Below, piece by piece: positions 1 to 8,723 of a stretch of DNA of 32,000 nucleotides. The notes beneath the pieces were generated by a model. That model was given only the letters and a program-made list of their open reading frames with translations. It was not told the origin of the DNA and made no database searches. The stretch spans positions 2,010,001 through 2,042,000 of the forward strand of contig NZ_AP012549.1 in NCBI RefSeq assembly GCF_000829235.1, written 5' to 3'. Positions within the stretch are counted from its first letter, which is position 1. The number at the start of each line of letters is the position of its first letter. A program made the translations under genes and the position numbers. The DNA comes from a cyanobacterium endosymbiont of Epithemia turgida isolate EtSB Lake Yunoko. GTDB lineage: Bacteria; Cyanobacteriota; Cyanobacteriia; Cyanobacteriales; Microcystaceae.

Positions 1-264
1 TAACTAAAAATATTAGCTTCAGAAGATGTGATTCATCAACTAATATTTAGACTCTTTGTAGAGGAAGTCATGACATATAACTGCCGCCAAGGTTTCCATG
101 CTAACAAGCCTTTCGGTTTTTGTTATAAAATTTGCTATATTCCTTTTACCTAATAGGAATATTCTTCTGTTAAATTAACTGACAATGATTATTCTCGGGT
201 CATTTATCAACTTTGAATTGTTCCAACTAGGTTAACTTTTGCAGAATAAATTTTTAGCTTAAAT

Positions 265-1236
265 TTAATCAACTAGCTTTTTAGATTCTAACCAGTCTTG
301 ATTGTACAAACGAGATTGATATCTTGCTCCCCCATCACACAACACTGTTACAATGGTATGTCCAGGTCCCATCTCTTTGGCTAAAGCGACTGCCGCACCT
401 ACATTAATGCCAACCGACCCCCCCATGAATAAACCATCTTGGTACAGCAACTGATGGACAACTCGAAGAGCTTCACGATCATTAATTTGGATGGCATTAT
501 CGATGGGAACTCCCTCCATATTGGCCGTTATGCGACTATTACCAATTCCTTCGGTAATGGAATTTCCTTCAGGTTTAATTTCCCCAGTCTTTACATAACT
601 ATAGAGTCCGCTGCCCATAGGATCGGCAACAATACATTTGATGTTAGGATTCTGTTCTTTAAAAAATAAGGCAGACCCTGCATAAGTCCCTCCAGTTCCG
701 GTAGCAGAGACCCAAGCATCGATTTTTCCATCGGTTTGCGCCCAAATTTCAGGACCTGTTGTTTCGTAATGAGCTAAGCGATTTGCTATATTGTCGAATT
801 GATTCGCCCAGATAGCATTGCTCAGTTCTTGAGCTAGTCTTCCCGAAACTTTAATATAATTGTCAGGATCACGGTAAGGAACTGCAGGGACAGTTTTAAC
901 TTCAGCCCCCAAGGTTCTAAGAAGATCGATCTTTTCCTGGGATTGAGTTTCAGGAATCACAATTAAACATTTATACCCTTTTGCATTACAAATATGGACT
1001 AACCCTATCCCTGTATTACCGGCTGTTCCTTCAACTACCGTCCCCCCAGGTTTAAGCAAGCCTTCTTCTTCTGCGCCTTTAATAATATATAAAGCAGCTC
1101 TATCTTTAACAGAACCCCCTGGATTGAGAAATTCGGCTTTCCCTAAAATCTCGCATCCAGTTTCTTGGCTAAAACTATTTAACCGAATTAAGGGTGTATT
1201 GCCAACTGTCCCAACGAAGCCGTCTTTAATATCCAT
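265..1236 (-). CDS. PLP-dependent cysteine synthase / cystathionine beta-synthase family protein (O-acetylserine sulfhydrylase-like)
   Basis: 323-aa ORF with the PLP-lysine motif 'NPGGSVKDRAA', 'EGTAGNTGIGLV' and the 'SATGTGGTYAG' phosphate-binding loop. These are typical of fold-type II (Trp-synthase-beta-like) enzymes. Confidence 0.85.
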   Translation of the reverse strand: MDIKDGFVGTVGNTPLIRLNSFSQETGCEILGKAEFLNPGGSVKDRAALYIIKGAEEEGLLKPGGTVVEGTAGNTGIGLVHICNAKGYKCLIVIPETQSQEKIDLLRTLGAEVKTVPAVPYRDPDNYIKVSGRLAQELSNAIWANQFDNIANRLAHYETTGPEIWAQTDGKIDAWVSATGTGGTYAGSALFFKEQNPNIKCIVADPMGSGLYSYVKTGEIKPEGNSITEGIGNSRITANMEGVPIDNAIQINDREALRVVHQLLYQDGLFMGGSVGINVGAAVALAKEMGPGHTIVTVLCDGGARYQSRLYNQDWLESKKLVD

Positions 1237-1502
1237 AATCCTCTATTTTGTCAAATGACAACAGATAGCGATTTCTTTTAGTTGATTTAATCGTTATTCT
1301 CTTTTGTCTGATCCTCAACACTATCTCTGATAGTATCAGGAAATTAGTAGATAAATTGTAAGTTTTACAGGAGTCTTTGATTTTTTGTGTTACGGTAACT
1401 CAGCTACTGATTTGAGAGAAAAACAGCTACTGAAGGCGACAAATAAAATTTTATATGAGTTCAAAGTTATATCCCAACTCTGAAAAGATCCAATCTCGTA
1501 AC

Positions 1503-1542
1503 CTGCTCAAAAACGTTCTTTTAAAAGAACGTTTTTGAGCAG
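1503..1542. repeat. 40-bp perfect palindrome (ctgctcaaaaacgttctttt|aaaagaacgtttttgagcag); orphan terminator-like hairpin
   Basis: Checked base by base: every position 1503-1522 pairs with 1542-1523, and pairing breaks at 1502/1543. It lies about 270 bp upstream of the divergent cysteine synthase gene, and no intact gene ends near it. Confidence 0.7.
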
Positions 1543-2071
1543 AATAATGGCTAATTTCTTAGAATAATAGGAAACTTTGAATCTATTTGTGAGGTAAAAA
1601 TGAGATTGCATATTTATAGAAAATAAATATTGCTTAATCCTAAGTGTTTTGATTTGTTTTGAATCCCTATTGTTAGGGATTCAACTTTAATATAATTTAT
1701 CGCTCTTAATTCTTTGATTCACTACTGTTATGAAATTTTTATTGTATGTATATTGTTTAATAAATCAAAATACTTCTATTTAATCAAAATTTTGATAATC
1801 AGTAATGAAGATTGATTGTAAACTTAAAATCTTATTTGTTTAACTACGTCGAACATTTAAGTACATCAGGAAAAATCTAGTTAAAATTTTTAGTTTAGCA
1901 TGCATGGTTTAATTTGGATATAAAATCTGTTATAATACCATATAATAGCGATTATGTTTTTTTATAAGTTTATTGTTCGAGATTAAACTCTGTCTTTATA
2001 TTTTTGACTATTAGATTACAGGTTTAGTATAAACAACTTTCTTACAGTTCTATCTCAATAGAAAAACTTAA

Positions 2072-3637
2072 ATGTCCATAATTGATCAACTAGAAATACT
2101 GGATAATATTGTTGTTACGGCAGAACAAATGAGGGAAATTGAAGCCCGAATTTTTGAGAACGGAATGCCTGTAGCAGCCTTAATGGAAAAAGTAGCAATT
2201 TTATTAGCTCGTCGAATACAAGAACTTTATCCCCTGTTTCAAACCTTACGAATAGGAGTTTTAGTTGGACCTGGACATAATGGTGGAGATGCTTTAGTTA
2301 TAGCTAGAGAATTGTATTTACAAGGTTATGATATTTGTTTGTATCAGCCCTTTTCTAGGTTAAAAAAATTAACTTTGCAGCATGCAAATTATGCTCAGAG
2401 TTTAGGAATTACCTGTTATCGAGATATCGAATATATAGAAAAATGTGAGTTGATTATTGATGGCTTATTTGGGTTTGGTTTGACACGATCACTCTCAGGA
2501 AATATTGCTGAGACTGTAAATATTATTAACCAATTACCTATTCCCATCATTAGTATTGATATTCCCTCTGGCTTACATACGGATACAGGAGAAGTTTTAG
2601 GAACAGCTATCAAAGCGACCTATAGTTTTTGTTTAGGATTGTGGAAACTCATTTATTTCCAAGATCAAGCCCTAGACTATATTGGTAAAACAGAACGGAT
2701 TGATTTTGGTATTCCTCCTCAAGATATCTGGGCTATTCTACCTAAACCTGCTCCTATAAAACAGCTGACTTTAAACCTAGCACGACAATTTTTACCCTTG
2801 TGTCGTCCCTTATTAACCCATAAATACAAACAGGGACATTTGTTGCTTATTTGTGGTTCTCGTCGCTATGCAGGGGGTAGTATCTTAACAGGGTTAGGTG
2901 CGCGCAGTAGTGGTGTGGGGATGCTATCGATTGCCATTCCTGAGTCCCTAAAACCTTTGCTAGTCAGTCAGTTACCCGATGCGCTAATTATTGATTGTCC
3001 CGAAACCGAAACCGGGACAATCGCCCAATTACCCCCCCTAGCTACAGCCTTTGACAACTATGATGTCATTGCCTGTGGACCGGGGTTAACCTTGGAGGCA
3101 ACATCGGTCGTCGAACAAGTATTGACAGCACCGTGTCCTCTAGTTTTGGATGCGGATGGGTTAAATATCCTAGCTAAATTAGGAACTATTGACACTTTAT
3201 CAAAGAAAAACAGCCTAACGGTTTTAACCCCTCATCTAGGGGAATTTAAACGGCTATTTCCTTCTATTGAGCATCCTGGCGGAGATAGAATAGCGGCTGT
3301 TCAAGCTGCGGCTAAAGCAAGTGGTACAATAGTTTTATTTAAAGGAGCTAAAACAGTGATCGCTGACCCTAATGGTCATGTCTGGTTAATTTCTGAGAGC
3401 ACCCCCGCTTTAGCACGAGGAGGCAGTGGAGACATTTTAACTGGGTTGATTGGGGGGTTATTAGGGCAAACTACTTCTAGTCTCCATGAGAAAGAGATCG
3501 GCGGAGGAGGAATAGTGGCGACAGCCGCTTTGTGGCACGCTCAAGCGGCTATCTTAGCAGCAAAAGAGCGTACTGAGTTAGGGGTAGATGCTGTCACCCT
3601 GTCCAATTATCTTCACCAGGTTAATTGGAATAATTGA
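2072..3637 (+). CDS. nnr: Bifunctional NAD(P)H-hydrate repair enzyme (epimerase + ADP-dependent dehydratase), YjeF family
   Basis: 521-aa ORF. The N-terminal YjeF_N part carries 'GPGHNGGDALV'. The C-terminal carbohydrate-kinase-like part carries 'GPGL' and 'RGGSGDILTGLIGGLL'. Confidence 0.9.
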   Translation: MSIIDQLEILDNIVVTAEQMREIEARIFENGMPVAALMEKVAILLARRIQELYPLFQTLRIGVLVGPGHNGGDALVIARELYLQGYDICLYQPFSRLKKLTLQHANYAQSLGITCYRDIEYIEKCELIIDGLFGFGLTRSLSGNIAETVNIINQLPIPIISIDIPSGLHTDTGEVLGTAIKATYSFCLGLWKLIYFQDQALDYIGKTERIDFGIPPQDIWAILPKPAPIKQLTLNLARQFLPLCRPLLTHKYKQGHLLLICGSRRYAGGSILTGLGARSSGVGMLSIAIPESLKPLLVSQLPDALIIDCPETETGTIAQLPPLATAFDNYDVIACGPGLTLEATSVVEQVLTAPCPLVLDADGLNILAKLGTIDTLSKKNSLTVLTPHLGEFKRLFPSIEHPGGDRIAAVQAAAKASGTIVLFKGAKTVIADPNGHVWLISESTPALARGGSGDILTGLIGGLLGQTTSSLHEKEIGGGGIVATAALWHAQAAILAAKERTELGVDAVTLSNYLHQVNWNN

Positions 3638-3679
3638 GAAGAAACAAAATTCTATAAAGAAGACTCTATAACTAATGTA

Positions 3680-4111
3680 GTTGAAGAAATCGTTAACGCG
3701 GTTAGCCACTGGTGGTGTGAAAAGAAAAGTCATGATGACAGAACCCTCCTATTCAGATACAACACGGAAATCTCAGTTAAATTATCCTTCCAAACTTCAC
3801 TTCATGTAAAAACTCCTTCCTAGCATCACCACCGTGTCTTGATGTAGGGGGCAATTGTCTTACTAGGACTAGGTACAAGTTTAATCTCTCGATAGGTTTT
3901 CTTACAGTGGAACCTAACTCCTTGGGTAGAAACTAAACTCAGTAATTTTAAAAATCGTCCAGTTCATTTAGGAGCCCTTAAGTATTTTTCATTAGGTCAA
4001 GTGCGTTTTGGCAAAAGTCAGATTGCTAAAACTGCTGCTGATTCTGCTCAAGTTACTATGGCTGCTTTGGACGTAGCCTACGATCCTCTCACATTAGAGA
4101 TTATCGGGTAA
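3680..4111 (+). pseudogene. Possible N-terminal remnant of a TamB/DUF490-like translocation-assembly protein; the rest of the gene is missing or decayed
   Basis: A single frame reads '...GAIVLLGLGTSLISR*VFLQWNLTPWVETKLSNFKNRPVHLGALKYFSLGQVRFGKSQIAKTAADSAQVTMAALDVAYDPLTLEIIG*' and contains several in-frame stops. A hydrophobic anchor followed by an 'L.P.VE..LS....RPV.LG....FSL...RFG.S.I' pattern matches my recollection of cyanobacterial TamB-like N-termini. This has not been verified by alignment. Confidence 0.35.
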
Positions 4112-4923
4112 GTCGCCGCTTACAGGGTTAAATAACTATGACAGAACAGGATTTTTGCCAATGTCTGGAAGGACTGTTGCCTCTTTACCAACAGATTACT
4201 AAGTAAATATAACAGTGATCGCCGTGAGAAATTATGCCAATGGTCATCATTGTCGAGAGTCTAATCTTTCATTGCAACCTAAGTCTATTAGATGGAGATA
4301 ACGTTATACTCTAACTCTTTTTACTATTCCTTATGGGGCATTAATTACCTAAACTATAAAAAAATTATTAGTATGTAACAACAACATTTAATATTGCCAT
4401 ATGGCTAATAGGAGTATCTGTTTACAACCTGTTGTGATAAACTTGGGACGGGACGCAAGAATGGCAGCCACTTTATATATTGACACTTTATATATTAAGT
4501 TAAATTGTCAGCCTAGGAATGTTTTTGTTAGAGAAATTAAAGAAACATTATTAACATATTTTTTTGCTCCTCCTGGAATGATTCCTTTATTTAATTTAGT
4601 TCCTCCACATCCCCAATGGTTGTATTAGCAACAGTATTATTTAGATTATCTAGAGGATTACCTCATTACAGGGAATTATCCTTGTTCTAGTTTTGTTATT
4701 TAACCATTGTTAAATAGTCAGCTTGATCGAGTATATTTTTACCGCCATAATACTCAAAAAATTTTTTTACTATTACTGGCTCTTTCAAAAGATAAGAAAA
4801 ACTTATAAATTAATAATATTTTTCTAAAATTAATAAACAGTTAAGTAATTTTTAACCAAAAACATTATCAGTATAATGACGTTTTAATTATTCAGACAGT
4901 TGGTTACTATTATAGTAATTTTT

Positions 4924-4970
4924 TTCTATTTATTTAATTAAAATATTTAATTTTAATTAAATAAATAGAA
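4924..4970. repeat. Perfect 21-bp inverted repeat with a 5-nt spacer, composed almost entirely of A/T
   Basis: ttctatttatttaattaaaat (4924-4944), attta, then attttaattaaataaatagaa (4950-4970). The arms are exact reverse complements. It lies in a 2-kb AT-rich spacer. Confidence 0.6.
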
Positions 4971-6650
4971 GATCAAAACTAATGCTATAAAACATAGTTT
5001 TTTATTTAAAAAAGTCAAAAATATATTTAACAACCCTAACTTACTAAGTTATATAAAATATCACCTTAATTCTCAAGAGAGAAGATAACTATTAATAGGG
5101 CAACTGTTACTATTTAAACAGCTTAATTCTTCTGATTTTGGTAGTTTATACAGACATAAATGGAGTACCCAGAATAATCCTTGCATAATGAACAAGCAAA
5201 AAAGAAAAAAAAGAGAGTATATTGGCGATAATTAGTTCGGTATTGATATGTTACCTAAAGAACAAGACCATAAGTTGGTCAATATATTCAGATGAGGATA
5301 CGGTTTATTCAGACATTATTGAACTTGAAAATATTTTTTTTTAAACTGTCAAGTTGATACAATATAACCTAAAAACTGTATAAATACAATGGTATACTGA
5401 TATTCTGTAATAATTTTACAACACAGGTTAAAAACGATCCTAAGATTAAACGAACTTAAAATTAAAGGCTAGGAGTTATGTATTGAGAATACAGACTAAA
5501 TATGGGGTTTCTAGAATAGATAAGACGATTATTATATACTAGGCTCACTAAAAATTTCTCAATAATGTCAATAGTGACTAAATGTATTGCTCAATAAAAC
5601 TCTATCTAACTTAGGATAATAAAAATTAATAAAATCCTGGCATAGCCTGATCTGACAATAATTTTATAATAAATAAACTATTCCATAATAAGGTCTTTAA
5701 AAGGTTAATGCTAATAATTATCTATAAAAAAATTGATATTTTTATCAATAAAAAACAATTTTAATACTCTTAAATATAATTTAATTTAAAATTAATCTAG
5801 TCATGTTTTTAATTTAAATTACTTATTAGCCATAATTTAAAATTTTTAATCAGAGCTAATAATAGCTAAAAAAGCAAGTTAATATTACCTCATATTTTAT
5901 GGCTTAATTTTATTTTAAATACCTAATTTATTTATTATGTAGTAGCATTATTTAATAATATAAATAGTGATTTTATCTTTTAAAAATTTTTTATTTATTC
6001 CGTTTATATATTGCATTATCTCACTGAAATATAAAATCGTGCAATATTATTTTTGATTTTTTTAAGGATGTTAACTTATCCCAACTCTTTTAAATAAACA
6101 ATTTTCCTATTTTTATCGATCTCTAGGATTGCAATCACCTAGCACTCTCTTTTTTTGATTAATATTTGTTATTTTTTAGCTATTACTATCATGAAATATA
6201 AGTTATAGTCATTAGATGAATCGTCAAATATCTTGTATCAGAATAAAAATTACATTTAGTCATTGATTTATTTTTTAAAGTTTTAATAGCTATATTTTAT
6301 TCTAAAAATATTTTCTGCATTTATATTTTTTTATTTTTAGCGATAGCTTTATATTTTTAGATTTGTTATACTTAAGCTCATCTCTCAATGAGTAACTTCT
6401 AAAAACTATCAAAGCTTAATTGATTATATATTGTGAATCTATATAACCCAGCAAGTCAATAGGGAAAAATCTTCTCAAAAGTCGCAGACGTAACAAAATT
6501 ACATCACATAAAGCATCACTGAAGAAAATAATTAGCCAAAATTGCTTTATATAGAGGGGAGAGCTATCTCTAAATAAAATGGATTAATAAAAAAAGATAT
6601 GAGAGATTATTGATATATTCTCTTTTTTAATCTTTATTTTAGTCTAGTTT

Positions 6651-7298
6651 ATGAACAAATCAGATCCGAATATAACTTTACGATTACTGCCCTTTTTTGC
6701 GGGAGTACTTGGCAGTATTCTCTTATTAATTAACCGTTTTACTACATTAACCTTAACGGCATCTCAGTCTCGTTCCGATGTTGTAGGAGTTATTCTCAAT
6801 GGGGTCTTGATTTTAGTTGGGTTAATCTGGCATAAAGTTCAACCACGATCACCTGATGCTGTTACTCTTGTTGGAGAACAAGGTTTCGAATTTGCCCCCT
6901 ATTTACCAGAAGAAATCAAAAAAGAACTTGCTTGGGCCTCCTATTTAGTATTAACTAATACCGTTACCAAATCTTTGGTGGTTTACTATCAGGGAGTGGT
7001 GGTGTTGAGACGAGGGATTTTAGGCATTAACTCTCAAGTAATTCCGGGCAATATTTTAGAAAAAGTTTTGGCAAGTAAAAAGCCAGTTTATCTAGTGAAT
7101 TTGCCTCTTTATCCAGGACGCGTCGAGTTTGATTATCTCCCCGAAAATACTCAGGGAGTAATATGTCAACCTTTGGGAAACCAAGGGGTTTTGATTTTGG
7201 GGGCAAATGTCCCCCGCAGTTATACTAAACAGGACGAAAATTGGATCAAAGGAATCGCTGATAAATTAGCAGATACCTTACAAACCTATTTGCAATAG
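6651..7298 (+). CDS. Conserved cyanobacterial membrane protein, probably DUF2930 / CCB2-CCB4-like (cytochrome b6f cofactor assembly family)
   Basis: 215-aa ORF with two N-terminal hydrophobic helices. The motifs 'SQSRSDVVGV', 'ELAWASYL', 'LYPGRVEFDYLPENTQGVICQPLG' and 'LGANVPRSYTKQDENWI' match the family as I recall it. The family assignment is from memory. Confidence 0.5.
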   Translation: MNKSDPNITLRLLPFFAGVLGSILLLINRFTTLTLTASQSRSDVVGVILNGVLILVGLIWHKVQPRSPDAVTLVGEQGFEFAPYLPEEIKKELAWASYLVLTNTVTKSLVVYYQGVVVLRRGILGINSQVIPGNILEKVLASKKPVYLVNLPLYPGRVEFDYLPENTQGVICQPLGNQGVLILGANVPRSYTKQDENWIKGIADKLADTLQTYLQ

Positions 7299-7378
7299 GT
7301 CTATATTTTTATCAACCATTTTGATTAGGGAACAGTAAAGACAAGTCAACCGCTATTTATATTCTGGGAAAATATCCG

Positions 7379-7999
7379 ATGAACCTATCTCTTGACCCCT
7401 TATCCCAAGTCCGAACTCTATCAGATTTAAGAGGTTCTATGACTCATTCCTATCATCAAGGAAGTCATTGGCAACCGCAAGTATTGCCGGAAACATCATT
7501 TTATTATTTTGCCTATGGGTCTTGTATGTGTCCTGTAGACTTAAAACGAACTTTTGGCGAAAACACTTATCAATATGTGATGGGAAACGCTATCTTGAAA
7601 GGATACCGGTTAGGGTTCTATCGTCGTTCCCTACGGCGTAATTGTGGGGCATTGGATGTAGTTCGTGATCCCAATTTTTGTGTAGAAGGAGTTTTATATC
7701 ATCTTCCTTGGCGATTTAGTGCTCGCCTTGATGCTCGAGAAGAAGTTCCCCGCAATGGATATCGTCACGAATATGTTAATGTTTATAGTGAAGGAAAACT
7801 CTATAAAAATGTGCGAACTTATGTCGTTATTGACAAACTACCTCAAGAATTAGCCCCCAATGATTGGTATTTGAATGTAGTATTGCGAGGGGCGGTTACT
7901 TGTGGTTTATCAGAAGAATATTGTTGGTGGTTATTTAACCATATGCACCAACTCCAGTTACAACAAAGTCAAGAAGTTATTCTTGCAAATTGTTCGTGA
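7379..7999 (+). CDS. Gamma-glutamylcyclotransferase-like (AIG2/GGCT fold) protein
   Basis: 206-aa ORF with 'YYFAYGSCMCPVDLKR' (the YGS-x-M signature), 'VEGVLYHL' and 'LDAREEVPRNGYRH', laid out as in GGCT-like proteins. Confidence 0.6.
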   Translation: MNLSLDPLSQVRTLSDLRGSMTHSYHQGSHWQPQVLPETSFYYFAYGSCMCPVDLKRTFGENTYQYVMGNAILKGYRLGFYRRSLRRNCGALDVVRDPNFCVEGVLYHLPWRFSARLDAREEVPRNGYRHEYVNVYSEGKLYKNVRTYVVIDKLPQELAPNDWYLNVVLRGAVTCGLSEEYCWWLFNHMHQLQLQQSQEVILANCS

Positions 8000-8723
8000 G
8001 TAAAAAACTATCTCCCAAAGTTACCTTAGTGATCGGATAATTTAGTGACATAGGCAAGGCGAGCACCCATTGTTTAGTTGTTTGTGCTCGTAGTTAGGAA
8101 AAGTTATGGCAATTAGCCGAAGAATTATAAAGTTTGGGGGACGAATTTTTTTTGTAATTAGTTTATATAAGCAAAAAGTTAATATGTTACAGGTTTCTTA
8201 TAAAATCCGTTAAACCTAGAGTTTCGTAGATATATTGGTTAATAATAATGAGTTAGGACGCAAAGAATCTTTGATTAATTGAAAGACTCGATCATGTCGA
8301 GAAATATATAGATGTGAATTTATTGGTTTTGTGTATTTGCACTAGCTAATTTCCATAGAATTTATCAGTGAGGTAGCCGATTAGACAGTTTTCTTAATTT
8401 TTTATAACTAAATTACTATTCATCTCTATGAAGAATTAATAGTAATTTAGCTAATTTCGTTTGATCATACTTATAACAAGTGATTTAAACGTCAAACAGT
8501 TTATACATATCGAAGATATGTATAGTCCTTTATTTGTATTATTAGATAGACCTAAAACTTAAACAGTCTTTGCAAAATTAGTTAGAATTAAAGTCTTAAA
8601 AGGTTGCTTTTTGTTTATTAGGAGGATTAAGTAGGGTTAATTATCCTAATTGGGGGGAATAATGATATTATGTTCTTAAAACGTTTTCCTAGGAATTTAA
8701 TAAAATAGTTAAATCCTATTGTT

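Noticed and set aside
439-669. 76-aa plus-strand ORF inside the cysteine synthase gene
   Set aside because: It lies entirely antisense to a well-supported conserved CDS and has no recognisable motifs. It is a typical shadow ORF.
2416-2613. 65-aa minus-strand ORF inside nnr
   Set aside because: It is an antisense shadow ORF within a conserved gene.
4401-4628. 75-aa ORF in the spacer after the TamB-like remnant
   Set aside because: It has no motif, SD or homology that I recognise. The sequence looks like chance read-through in decayed DNA.
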